A DNA stretch of 64,000 bases from assembly GCF_009914755.1 (NCBI RefSeq), contig NC_060937.1; one strand, 5' to 3'. A program made the translations under genes and the position numbers. This document shows, one piece after another, positions 1 to 15,320 of the stretch. This DNA comes from the human T2T-CHM13v2.0 reference genome, Homo sapiens. Numbering within the stretch: position 1 is the first letter of the stretch; every line of letters starts with the position of its first letter. The notes under the pieces were generated by a model that made no database searches, was not told where the DNA came from, and worked only from the letters and a program-made list of their open reading frames with translations.

Positions 1-1460
1 TCCTTCACATAGGAATACAGAACACTGCTGCTGGAGTCTGGAAGTTTGTCACTCACATAGAATTCCAGAACACTGCTGTGAGGATCTGAATGTTTGACCC
101 TCACATGGGATTCCAGAACACTGCTGCGAGGGTCTAAATGTCTGTCCCTCACATAGGTTTCCTGAACAATGTTATGAGGTTCTGAATGTTTATCCCTAAC
201 ATAGGATTTCAGGGCACTCCTGCTGTGCTCTGAATGCTTCTCCCTCACATAGGATTCCAGAACACTGCTACGAGGGTCTGAATGTTTGTCCCTCACATAG
301 GATTCCAGAATACTCCTGCTATGGTCTTAATGCTTGTCCCTCACATAGGATTCCAGAACATTCATGTTGGGGTCTGAATGTTTGCCCTTATCATAGGATT
401 TCAGAACAGTGCTCCTGGGGTCTGAATGTTTGTTCTTCATATAGGATTTAAGAACACTCCTGCTTTGGTCTGAAAGTTTGTCCCTCACATAGGATTCCAG
501 AACTCTCCTGCTGTGGTCTGAAAGTTTGTCCTTCACGTAGGATTCCAGAACACTGCTGCTGTGGTTTGAATGTTTGTCCCTCACATAAGATTCCAGAACA
601 CTGCTACGAGGGTCTGAATGTTTGTCCCTCACATAGGATTCCTGAGCATTGTTGCCGTGGTCTGAATGTTTGTACCTCACATAGGATTCCAGAACAGTGC
701 TACGAGGGTCTGAATGTTTGTCCCTCACATAGGATTCCTGAGCATTGTTGTCGTGGTCTGAATGTTTGTACCTCACATAGGATTCCAGAACAGTGCTACG
801 AGGGTCTGAATGTTTGTCCCTCACATAGGATTCCAGAACACTTCTGCTGGTGTCTGAATGTTTGTACCTCACATAGGATTCCAGAACACTGCTGCTGGGG
901 TCTGAACGTCTGTCCCTCAGATAGGATTCTAGAACACTGCTGTTGGGGTTTGAATGTCTGTCCCTCACATAGAATTCCAGAACACTGCTGCGAGTGTCTG
1001 AATGTTTGTCCCGCAGATGGGATTCTAGAACACTGCTGTGAGGGTCTAAATGTCTGTCCCTGACATAACATTCCAGCACACTGCTACAAGGTTTTGAAAT
1101 GTTTGTCCCTCACATAGGATTACAGAGCACTCCTGCTGTGGTCTGAATGTTTGCCCCTCACATAGGATTCCAGAACATTCCTGCTGTGGTCTGATTGTTC
1201 CTCAAATAGGATTCCAGAACACTGCTACGAGGTTCTGAATTTTTGCCCCTCACATAGGATTGCAGAACACTGCTACAAGGGTTTGAAAGTTTTCCCCTCA
1301 CATAGGATTCCACAACACTCCTGCTGTGATCTGAATGTTTGTCCCTCACATAGGATTCCCGAGCACTCCTGCTGTGGTCTGAATGTTTTTCCCTCACATA
1401 GGATTCCTGAAGACTGCTGCTGTCACTATAGTCGTTGCGAGTGTCTGAATGTTTGACCTT
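1..1460. repeat. CER (48-bp, D22Z3-type) satellite array, right edge
   Basis: About 30 tandem copies of GGTCTGAATGTTTGTCCCTCACATAGGATTCCAGAACACTGCTGCTGT (48 bp). The 16-aa periodicity of ORFs 327..1079 and 566..1063 confirms the period. The unit matches the recalled CER consensus. Confidence 0.9.
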
Positions 1461-1593
1461 CACCAAACACTAAATATCCTGCCCCTTTAGTCTTGGACTT
1501 TCCAGCCTCCAGATCTGTGAGCAATAATCTCTGTTGTTTATGAATTACTCAGTCTAAAGTATTTTGTTATAGTAGCCTAAAGAGACTAAGAGA
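1455..1593 (+). mobile_element. MaLR LTR 3' part (MLT1A/MSTD-type)
   Basis: CCTTCACCAAACAC...TCTTGGACTTTCCAGCCTCCAGATCTGTGAGCAATAATCTCTGTTGTTTA...GTATTTTGTTATAGTAGCC...GACTAAGAGA matches the MLT1A/MST LTR 3' end. Confidence 0.8.
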
Positions 1594-2630
1594 GCATCAC
1601 CTGCCCTGTCACCTCATCACCGCATTACTAAAGGTATACTAACAGCAGTCACCTTTAGTGGGTGCTTCATGCATGAGAATAAAGGGAAAAAATTGCAAGG
1701 CATACTAAAATCCAAAAAAAGAAAAAAATACAATTTGTGTCAACAGAGCAAGCTTCAGAAGCAGACAAAGATATGATTTTGGAATTTTTTTTAAACCTCT
1801 GGAGAATATGCTAAGGGCCTAATGAATGAAGTAGACAGCATTCAAGTGTAGATGGGTAATGTAATCAGAAAGACAGACATCGTAAGAAACTTCAACATAA
1901 TGTAGTGGTAAAAAATGTGGTAAATAACTGAAGAATACCTCTGATGGCTTATTAGTAGACTGGACTCAGCTGAGTTAAGAATCTCTGAGCTTGAGGATTT
2001 ATCATCAGAAACTTCGAAAACTAAAGAAAAGAAACACTGAAAAGAACAGAAGATGATATCCAAGACTGTGGGACAACTACAAAAGGTGAAACAGAGTAAT
2101 GAGAATACCAGGAGGAGAAGAAATAGAAGAAAGTTCTGCAACAACCATGTCTGAGAACTTCCAGTGTTAATGTCAGACACCAAACCAAAGATCCAGGAAG
2201 CTCAGAGAACACCAGGCAGAATAAATGCCAACAACCTACACTTGGACATATAATTTTCAAACTATATGAAATAAAAGATAAAGGAAAACTCTGAAAGAAA
2301 CCAGAGGTGGGGCAGAAAACACCTTACCTACAGAGACACAAAGATAAGAACTGCATTCAACAATGCAGAAACTGTGAAAGCAAGAAGACAGTGAAATGAA
2401 AAATTCAAAATGTTGACAGAAAAAAACCCACCAACCTAAGTTTCTGTACCCACTGAAACCACCCTTCAAAAGTGAAGGAGAATTAAGGCCTTCCTCAGAA
2501 AAATAAAAATTCAAGAAACTTGTTGCCAGGAGACCTGTCTTGCAAGAAATGTTAAATGAAATTCTTTAGAGGGAAACAAAAGATATATAACTGAAACCTG
2601 GATCAACATTTTTTTAAAAAGAGCATTAAA

Positions 2631-2948
2631 GAATTGTGGTACAATAAAAACCTATGTATTTATTCTTAATTGATCTGACCAAGAAGTTCATAGACAATAA
2701 CAAATACACACAGATAGATTATGTATGCTTATACACAAGTTAAATGAGTAACACTAATACAAGGAATGGAATGGAAGGATGGGAGGGAGGAATTGTGGTA
2801 CAATAAAAACATGTATTTATTCAAAATTGATCTGACCAATAAGTTTGTAGATAATAATAAATACACACAGATAGATTATGTATGCTTATACACAAGTGAA
2901 ATAAGGAACAATAATACAAGGAATGGAATGGAAGGATGGGAGAGAGGA
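2631..2948. repeat. Tandem duplication, 2 x 159 bp
   Basis: GAATTGTGGTACAATAAAAAC... begins at 2631 and again at 2790. Confidence 0.9.
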
Positions 2949-3240
2949 ATCAGGTGTTTTCTTTGTTAAGCAGGTAGTCACCCGTGAAGTGGGATAGTGT
3001 TATCTGAAAGTGGACTTGAATTGGTTGTAAATGTATATTGAGGAATTAGGTGTGTTCTTTGTTAAGCAGGTAGTCTTATTTGTGGGATAGTGGGATAGCG
3101 TTATTTGAAAGTGGACTTCAATTTGTTGTAAATGTTACTGAGGAATTAAGTGTTTTGTTTGTTAAGCAGGTAGTCTTATTTGTGGGATAGTGGGATAGTG
3201 TTATTTGAAAGTGGACTTGAATTGGTTGTAAATGTATATT
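2944..3240. repeat. Tandem repeat, 3 x 96-100 bp
   Basis: GAGGAAT..GTTAAGCAGGTAGTC..GAAAGTGGACTT..GTTGTAAATG begins at 2944, 3040 and 3140. Confidence 0.9.
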
Positions 3241-4229
3241 GCAAATTCTGTGGCAACTAGTTAAAAAAAAAGTTTTAAAAAGAGAAGTACATGCTAAGAA
3301 AGACAGGGAAAATGTAGTCATCTAAAATCATCAATGAAAACTGCAAAAGGCAGAAAAAGAGTGGTAGACAAAAGAATGGAGACTGAGGAGAATGAATAGA
3401 AAACAGTAACAAATATAGTAGATATTAATCCAATGATATCAATAATCACTTTGAATGTTAATGGTATGAATGTACCAATTCAAAGATAAAGATTGTCAGA
3501 GTCTATCAAAAGACAGACACATCTTGTTTCACTGCACTTTGCTTTATTGTGTTTTGTGACCATGTGTTTTACATATTGAAGGTTTGTGGCCACCCTGCAA
3601 TAAGCAGGTCTCACTGGCACCATTGTTCCTACAGCACGTGCTCACTTCACGTCTCCGTGTCACATTTCGGTCATTCTCACAGTATTTTAAGCTTTTTATT
3701 ATTGAATCGGTTATAGTGATCTGTAATCAGTGATCTTTAATGCTACTGTTGTCATTGTTTTGGGAACCACAAATCACACCAGGATAAGACAGCAAACAAT
3801 TGACAAATGCATTTGTTCTGACTGCCCCACCAATGGGCCATTTCTCTTTCTCTCTCTTTTTCTCAGGCTTCCTTTTATTAACATTAAAATGTGGCCAATT
3901 AATAACCCTACAATAGCCTCTATATGTTCAAGTGAAAGAAGAGTTGCATGTCTGTCACTTTAAACCAAAAGGAAGAAATAATTAAGCTTAGTGATGAAGG
4001 CATGCTGTAAGCAAGACAGGCCAGTAGCTAGACCTCATGCAACAAACACTTAACCAAGTTGTGAATGCAAAGGAAGTGTTCTGGAAAGAAATTTAAAGTA
4101 CTACTCCAGTGAATACATGAATGATAAAAAGCTAAACAATCTTGCTGCTGTTATGAAGAAAGTTTAATTGGTCTAGATAGAAGATAAAAAAAAACAAAAA
4201 AAATTCCATTAAGCCTAAGCCTAACTCTC

Positions 4230-4539
<310 letters not shown>

Positions 4540-5392
4540 TCCCTTCAATTCTATGAAGACTTAGAGAGGTGAGGCAGCTGCAGAAGAAAAGTCTGAAGCT
4601 AGAAGAGCTTGTTTCTTGAGGTTTAAGGAAAAAAGTCATCTCCATAACATAAAAGCGCAAGATAAAGCAGCAAGTACTGATGGAAAAACTGCAGAAAGCT
4701 ATCTAGAAGATAATTGATTAAGATGGCTACACTAAACAGATTTGCAATGGAGACAAAACAGCCTTCTACTAGAAGGAGATGCCATCCAGGATGTTCCCAG
4801 CTAGAGAGGAGTTGATGCCTGGCTTTAAGGCTTCAAAGGACATGCTGACTCTTTTGTTAAGGCCTAATGCAATTGGTGATGTTAACTTGAAACCAATGAT
4901 GATTTACTATTCTGAAAATCCAAGGGCCCTGAAGAATTATGATAAAACACAGCTCTGCCTGTACTCTACAAATGGGAACAAAGCCTGGATGACAGACTAT
5001 TGGTTTACAAATATGGTTTACTGAATATCTTAAGCCCACTGTCGACAACTACTGCTCAAGAAATAAGATTCCTTTCAAAGTATTACTGCTCAATGACAAT
5101 GCCGCTGGTACTCAAGGGCTTTTACAGAGATGTATAAAGAGCTGAATATTGTTTTCATGCCTACTAACCCAACATTCATTCTGGTGCCCTTGGATCAAAG
5201 AATAATTTCAACTTTCAAGTCTTATCACTTAAAAATATATTCATAAAGCTATAGCTTCTCTAGAAAGTGATTCCTTTGATGGATCTGGGCAAAATAATTG
5301 AAAACCTACTGGAAAGGATTCAACATTCTAGATGCCATTGAGAACATTCATGATTTAAAAAAGATCAAAATAGCAACATTAGGAGAAGTTGG

Positions 5393-5684
<292 letters not shown>

Positions 5685-6263
5685 AGAGAGAGAAGTTGGG
5701 AAGATTATTCCAACCCTCACAGATGACACAGGGGTTCACGACTTCTGTGGAGGAAGTAACTGCAGATATGGTGGAAATAACAAGAGCACTAGAATCAGAG
5801 AAAGAGCCTGAAGATCTGGCGAGACTGCAGCAGCCTCTGGAGAAAACGTGAGAGGATGAGTTGCTCCCACGGATGAGCAAAGAAAGTGGTTTCTTGAGAT
5901 GAAATCTACTCGTGGTGAAGACAGTGTAAACAATGTTGAGATGACAACAGATTTACAATAAACTTGGTACAGCAGAAGGAAGGCTTGACAGGATTGAACC
6001 CAATGATTTACAATAATACATAAACTTAGTTGGTACAGCCGTACGAAGGTTTGACAGCATTGCGTCCAATTTTGAAAGTTCTACTGTGGGTAAAAAGCTA
6101 TCATCGTATGCTACAGTTAATTCTTTTGTGAAAGGGAGAGTCAATTGACACAGCAAACTTCAACGTTGTCTTATTTTAAGAAATTGCCACAGCCACCCCA
6201 ACGCTCAGCAACCACCACCTTACATTAACATAAGACTCTCCATCATCAAGAAGACTGAAACTT

Positions 6264-6530
6264 GGCCAGGTGCAGTGGCTCACACCTGTCATCCCAACAC
6301 CTTGGGAGGCCAAGGTGGGTGGATTGCTTGAGCCCAGGACGTCAAGGCAACATGGCAAAACCCCATCTCTACAAAAAAAAAAAATACAAAAATTAGCTGG
6401 ACATGGTGGCATGCACCTGTAGTCCCAGCTAGTCAGGAGTCTGAGGTGGGGGTTTGATTGAGCATGAGGTTGAGGCTGCAATTACTCCAGCCTGAGCCAC
6501 AGAGTAAAACCCTGTCACACACACAAAAAA
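6264..6530 (+). mobile_element. Alu (AluJ-like)
   Basis: GGCCAGGTGCAGTGGCTCAC...GATTGCTTGAGCCCAGGA, diverged. Confidence 0.9.
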
Positions 6531-6792
6531 GATTGCAGCTTTCTGAAGGCTCAGATGACTGTTAGCACTTGTTAACAATAAAGTATTTGTAAATTAAAGT
6601 GTGCATACTTTGTAGACATATGCTATTGCACACTTTATACAGCACAGTATAAACATACTTTTACATGCACTGGGAAACAAAAAGAAATTGTATAATTATT
6701 GCAGTGGTCTGGAACCAAACCCACATATATCTCTGATGCATGGCCGTCCTGTATTGTACACTTAAAAAAATACTTAAGAGGGTATATTTTAG

Positions 6793-7099
<307 letters not shown>

Positions 7100-7227
7100 C
7101 TCATTTTTTAAAAAGGGTGAGAATGAGAAATATATGGGGGGTGATGGTCAAGTTTACGGTATTATTTGTTGTGATGAGTCCTGGGGCGAATATTTATCTC
7201 TATACTCATTAAGATGTATATATTCGG

Positions 7228-7496
7228 TGTCACACGCCTGCAATCCCAGCACTTTGGGAGGCCGAGGCAGGTGGATGATCTGAGGTCAGGCGTTCGAGAC
7301 CAGCCTGGCCAACATGGTGAAACCCTGTCTCTACTAAAAAAATGCAAAAATTAGCCGGGCGTGGGGGCGCACGCCTGTGATCCCAGCTACTCAGGAGGCT
7401 GAGGCAGGAGAATTGCTTGAACCTGGGATGCAGAGGTTGCAGTTAGCTGAGATCATGTCACTGCACTCCAGACTGGGCAACAAGAGTAAAACCTCC

Positions 7497-7499
<3 letters not shown>
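7228..7499 (+). mobile_element. Alu (AluS)
   Basis: Sense Alu dimer whose tail is replaced by (CA)n. Confidence 0.95.

Positions 7500-7538
<39 letters not shown>
7500..7538. repeat. (CA)n microsatellite
   Basis: About 19 CA units. Confidence 0.95.
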
Positions 7539-7539
<1 letters not shown>

Positions 7540-7561
7540 GGTATATATTAAATATGTGTAA

Positions 7562-8202
<641 letters not shown>

Positions 8203-8332
8203 TAAAATTTAATAAAAAACAGGTATTTGCAAGTTTCCGTTTTGTTATATGCTTATTATTCTTTATATTTATGTCAGGTTGCTGTGTCAATACACTTAGG
8301 AGATCATAGTTTCTAAATTGAAATACAAATAA

Positions 8333-8677
<345 letters not shown>

Positions 8678-8864
8678 TAAAATTTACATTTCTGAGTTAA
8701 GAATGCTTAAAATGTTATAAAAACAGAAGTACAATTCATTATGTGTTTCATTAATTACCTTTATTAAAAACAACACAATTATATTACAATAGGACAAAAA
8801 ATGTTTAAGCAAATGAAAACGAAACCATGACATACCCAAACTCAGGAGGAGGCAACAAAGGCAG

Positions 8865-9110
8865 TGCTAAAGGGAAGCTTACAGCTCCAGATGCTTAAAT
8901 TAAAAAGAAGAAAGATCTCAAACCCATGCTAAAGGGAAGCTTACAGCTACAGATCCTTAAATTAAAAAGAAGAAAGATCTCAAACCCATGCTAAAGGGAA
9001 GCTTACAGCTGCAGATGCTTAAATTAAAAAGAAGAAAGATCTGAAACCCTTGCTAAAGGGAAGCTTATAGCTGCAGGTGCTTAAATTAAAAAGAAGAAAG
9101 ATCTCAAATC
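8865..9110. repeat. Tandem repeat, 4 x 62 bp, inside L1 ORF2
   Basis: TGCTAAAGGGAAGCTTACAGCT..AAATTAAAAAGAAGAAAGATCTCAAACCC begins at 8865, 8927, 8989 and 9051. Confidence 0.95.
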
Positions 9111-10129
9111 AATAACCTAACATTACACCTGAAGGGGGGGAAAAAAACTAATGACAAACCAAGCAAAAGGAAGAAAATAACAGATTAGAGCAGAGATAAG
9201 CAGAATAAGACCAGAAAAAAGGAAAAAAACACTGAGTTTGTTTTTTTAAAGATCAATAAAAATTTTAAAACTCACAGCTATATTAAGAAAAAAGAGAAAT
9301 CTCAAATACTAAAATCATAAGTAAAAGAGGTGACAGTACAACAGATGCCACAGAAATGAAAAAGATTACAAGAGACTAATGTGAGCAACCATATGCCACA
9401 AAACTGGGCAACCTAGAATAAATTTATAAATTCCTAGAAACACAAACCACCATACTGCATCATGGAGAAATAAAAAATCCAAAGAGACCTGTAACTAGTA
9501 AGAAGATTCAACCAGTAATCAAAAACCCCACCAAAAAGAAAATTCCATGTCCAGATAACTTCACTGGAAAATTTTACCAAATATTTCAAGAAGAATTAAT
9601 GCCAATCCTCTGCAAAATATTCCAAAAATGTTCAAAAACCAGAAGGGGACATTCCAATCCATTTATCAGGTCAACGTTTATCTGGTTCCAGAGCCAGATG
9701 AACACCTTTTGTAATAAAAACACTCAAAGAATTAGTAATATATGGAAACTCCTCAGTAAATAAAGATTATACAGGAAAAGCTCACAGCTAACATCATACT
9801 CAATGGTGAAAGACTAAAATCTTTTCCTCTAGGATCAGGAATAAGATAACAACATCTCTTCCTGCCACTTCTATTCATCACAGTACTGGAATTTCTACTC
9901 AGAATAATTAGTCAAGAGAAAGTAATAAAAAGGATGCAAATTGGAAAGGAAAAAGTACAAAATTTTGTTCACAGACAACAGGATGTAATGGGTAAAAATC
10001 CTGAAATTCCCAAAATACTGGTAAAATAATGAAATTCAACAAAGTTTCAGGATACAGTAACACACACAAGTCAGTTGCATTTCCATAAACTAACAATGAA
10101 CAATCTGCAAATAAAATTTTAAAAAGAGA

Positions 10130-10892
<763 letters not shown>

Positions 10893-11621
10893 CTACAAAA
10901 CACTGTTGAAAGAAATTAAACACAAATAAATGAAAAGAAAAGCTGGGTTTGCAGATTAGATGATTTCATCTTGGAATGATGTCAACACTACTCGAAGTGA
11001 CCTAGATTCAATACAATCCTTATAAAGATTCCAATGACATTTTTGATAAACAGAAAAACCTATCCTAAAATTCATATGGAATCTCCAGGGCCCATGAATA
11101 GGCAAATCAATCTTGAAGCAGAACAAAATTAAAGGTCTCAAAACAATTACAAAACTGCAATAAGCCAAAAAAAATTGTGGTCATGGCATAAAGACATACT
11201 TGACACACTTATGGACCAACACAACAGAGACCTCAGAAACCAACCCTGGCATATATGGTCTGATGATCTTCCACAAGGATGCCAAGACCACTCAATGGCG
11301 AAGGACAGTTTCTTCAACAAATGGTGTTGGGAAAATTGTATATCTACATGCAAAACAATGAAGTTGGACTCTTACCTTACACCATGTTAAAATTAATTCA
11401 AAGTGAATTATAAACCTAATTGTAAAACTAGAACTATCAAACTCCTAGGGAAAACAAATTTGGAAAATGCTTTATGATGATGAATTTGTCAATAATTTTT
11501 AGGATATGACATTAAAAGCTCAGGCAGTAAAAGCAAAAATATATCAAACCTAAAAACTTCTGTACCACAAAGGTCACAACCAACAGGGTAAAAGGCAAAC
11601 TGTAGAATAAAAGAAAATACC

Positions 11622-11832
11622 AGTTGAGTGTCCCTTATTTGAAATGCTTGGGATGTGTTTCAGATTTTGTAATATTTGCATTATTCTTACTGGTTGAGCA
11701 TCTCGAATTCAAACACCTGAGTCTGCGATGCTCCAATAAGCATTTCCTTTGAGTGTCATGTTGGCACTCAAAAAGTTTCAGACTTTGGAGCATTTGGGAT
11801 TTCAGATTTTTGGATCAGAGACATTCAACCTA
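11622..11832. mobile_element. Tigger4a (MER46A-type) non-autonomous DNA transposon
   Basis: Degenerate terminal inverted repeats CAGTTGAGTGTCCCTTAT... / ...GAGACATTCAACCTA; internal GAAATGCTTGGGA and GGCACTCAAAAAGTTTCAGA. Confidence 0.7.
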
Positions 11833-12914
11833 TAGTTGCACATCATGTATCTCATAAGAAGTGAACATTCAGAATACGTAAAGTACTCCTACAGAGAGAC
11901 TACCAGAAGCAGAGAGGAGCAGACACATTTTCACACTAGGGCACCTCCTATCTCTCCCGGATTCCAATTACGGCAGAGTAAGTGCTAGTTCTCTGCCAAC
12001 CCAGGATTAGGCCCTGCAGCTGCAGTGAAAATAATCACAGAAGAAAATTAAGAAATAAAAAAATGGAGAAAGTGAGACATCAAACTAAAATTACTAGAAA
12101 CCCCAAGGAAGAAAGAAAAAGAAACGAAGAAAACAGAAAAACAATTAAACCAGTTAATTAAACCTTGGCATGACCAGAAGATCAGAGTTTCCTAAAGGAG
12201 TGGAAATTTATTGATTTGAAGAGGATTTATTGATTACTGATTTGAAGAGGAAGAAAAACCATGAATGGTCTAAAGCAAAAGCCTAGTGTCTGAAGAAGTC
12301 AGTAGGGTGAAAACAAGAGCTGGCCAGAATATCCACAGATGGTGACAAGTTGGCAAAGCCTTTACTAGACTACTCGTGAGGCTAACTAGAGGCCAAGGAG
12401 CCGACACTGCCCCGTCCTTACAGAGAGACCCTACACAGGATTCCCAGATATACATGGAAGGACAACATCTTATCAGGTCCTCTCTGTGCAGATGTGGTTA
12501 TCATTCCAAATAATGAGCTCCAGCCCCAAGACTGTTCCATCCTCAATTGCTTTGAGTGGGCAATGTAGGCTCTCCACACACGACCTACATGTAGGTTCCT
12601 TGGGTACCCAGATGGGAGCCATGAAACACAAACCCTCCATGGTCAGGTCTGTATTTGTTTCCTGCCTTTTTCCCAGCAATCCCCAGGCCCCAGCAGTGGT
12701 GGTCTACCTCTGCTGATTCTCATTCAGAATCTAAACTTAGAAACAATTATAACCTAGACCCCAATTCTACCTGAAAGTAACAGAATAACATAATCTATAC
12801 CCTGCAGCATGACTGTTTGCCCAACGTAATGAGGATGAACTGAGAGATAATGAATGATCATGACCCTGGCCCAAGTAATGAGAATGAACTGTGAGATAAA
12901 TGAATGATCATGAC

Positions 12915-13800
12915 AAAAAACCCCGCTACAACCCAACAACAAAATAAAGTGATTAAAAAATGGACAAACAACATTTATCCAAAGATGCAAAGATGATATA
13001 CAAATAGCCAACAGATACATGAGATATATGAGAAGATGTGTAACATCACTAGTCATTAGAGAAATGCAAAAAGAAACCACAATGGGACATCACTTCAAAC
13101 CCAATAGAAAGTAACAAGCGCAGGTGAAACTGAAACCCTTGAACACTGTTGGTGGAAATATGAACTGGCTCCTCAAAAAAAAATAAAATAAAATGACCAT
13201 ATGATCCAGCCATCCAACTACTACAGAGACAGAATAACTAGTAGCAGGACCTCAAACAGATATGTGCACACCTAAGTTCACAGCAGCATTACACAGCCAC
13301 AAGGTGGAAGAAACAAAAACGTCCATCCAGGAATAGGTGGATAAACAAAAGCATATATATATATGATATATATTATATATATATATAATATATAATATAT
13401 ATAATATATATAATGTATGTATATAATATATATGTAATATATATATAATATATATATGAAGAAATATTATTCAGCCATAGAAAGGAAGAAAATCGTGACA
13501 CATCTGACACATAACATGGAACCTACTTACAAAACAACAAATATTATATAACCCTAGGTATATAAGCCAAATTTTTAGAAACACAAAGTAGAATAGTACT
13601 TGCCAGGGGGTGGAAGGAGGGGGAAATTAATAGTTGTTGAATGGGTATAGAGTTTTCCAAGATAAAAAAAAAATCTAGAAATCTGCTACACAACACCGTA
13701 AATATTCTTAACTCTACAAAACTGTATACTTACAACTAGTTACGACGGTAAATTTTAAGGTATGTGTTTGTTACCAAAATTCTAAATAATAAATTATTTA
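12915..13800 (+). mobile_element. Ancient L1M 3' end fragment
   Basis: CATCACTAGTCATTAGAGAAATGCAAA, ACCATATGATCCAGC and TATTATTCAGCCATA motifs. Confidence 0.75.
13352..13458. repeat. (TA)n / AT-rich simple repeat
   Basis: Interrupted TA tract of about 105 bp. Confidence 0.95.
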
Positions 13801-13803
13801 TAA

Positions 13804-14103
<300 letters not shown>

Positions 14104-14214
14104 TATAAAAAAATATTTCAAAAAGCCAAAATATTAATCAAACTGGAGTATTTAGAAATATTTAACCCAAAAGAAGTTAGGAAAGAATATATAGAAGATC
14201 AAAACACAGACGAA

Positions 14215-14510
14215 GGCCAGACATGGTTGCTCATGCCTGTAATCCGAACACTTTGGGAGGCCAAGGTGGGTAGATTGCTTGAGCTCAGGAGTTCAAGACC
14301 AGCCTGTGCAACATGGCAAAACCCTATCTCTACAAAAAATATAAAAATTAGCCAGGTGTGTTTCCATGCGCCTGTAGTCCCAGCTACTCAGTGGGCTCCA
14401 GTGAGGATTGGTTGGGCCTGGGAAGCAGAGGTTGAAGTAAGCCAACATTGCACCATTGCACTACAGTCTCGGTGACAGAGCAAGACCCTGTCTTAAAAAA
14501 AAAAAACAAA
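14215..14510 (+). mobile_element. Alu (AluJ-like)
   Basis: Diverged sense Alu dimer. Confidence 0.9.
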
Positions 14511-14514
14511 CAAA

Positions 14515-15315
14515 TAGAAAATAAGTAGAAAAATGGCAGACCTAAATCCAACCTTAGCAATGATTAGTTACAATGTAACTGGACAAATACTCTACTTAAG
14601 ACAGAGACTGCCAGACCTGAGAGGAAAGCAAGACCCAACAATATGGCATCCACAGAGACACAATTTAAATACAAAGACACAAAGTATGAGAAAAAATATG
14701 CTATGCAGACACTAATCATAAAAATATGCTATCCAGACACTAATCATAAAAAGCTTCAATGGAGATGTTAACACTAGATGAAAGAGGCTCCAGAAAAAAA
14801 ATATATCACCAGAAATAAACAAGGTAATTTCATAAAAATAAAAGAATCAGAGAGGATGATGTTACAATTATAAATTGTGCCTCAAATTGCACACAAAGTA
14901 CACACACACACAGAGCCTCAAATTATGTAAATCAAAAACAACAGAACAAAAGCAGGAAATTGACAATCCAAAATTATAACTGGTGAATTAATACTGCTCT
15001 CTCAGTAACTGATGGAACAACCAGATAAAAATATAGGAAAAATACGGATCTAAATGACAAAATCCTGACCCAAATGGTACTTGGCAGTACCAAGATAGAC
15101 TGTCGATCAATTGAGAAAATGTTCAAGCATGAAATAGTATACAAAGTATGTTGTCTGAACACCTGAAATTAAATTAGAAACCAACAACAAATTGATATCC
15201 AGAAAAGCCTCAAATGTCTGAAAACCAAGTAATAAACTTTGAAATACCCTGTAAGTCAAAAAAGTATTCACAAGGGGAACTGGAATGTATTTGGAACAAA
15301 CTTGTTATAAAAATC
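14515..15315 (+). mobile_element. Ancient L1M ORF2 (endonuclease region) fragment
   Basis: A-rich; AAGCAAGACCCAACAATATGGCATCCACAGAGACACA resembles L1 endonuclease-encoding sequence. Confidence 0.6.
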
Positions 15316-15320
15316 ATATT

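Larger units (their letters stand above)
1650..3510 (+). mobile_element. Ancient L1M fragment (ORF1 to ORF2 start), degenerate
   Basis: A-rich plus strand with L1 ORF1-like blocks (AGACTGTGGGACAACTAC, CCAGGAAGCTCAGAGAACACCAGGCAGAATAAA) and ORF2-start-like ATATCAATAATCACTTTGAATGTTAATGG. Confidence 0.7.

Noticed and set aside
1-1460. Alpha, beta or SATR satellite assignment
   Set aside because: The period is 48 bp, not 171 or 68 bp, and the unit fits CER.
4779-5024. Domesticated TIGD-like transposase gene
   Set aside because: Only an 81-aa fragment; the frame is broken and Alu-interrupted.
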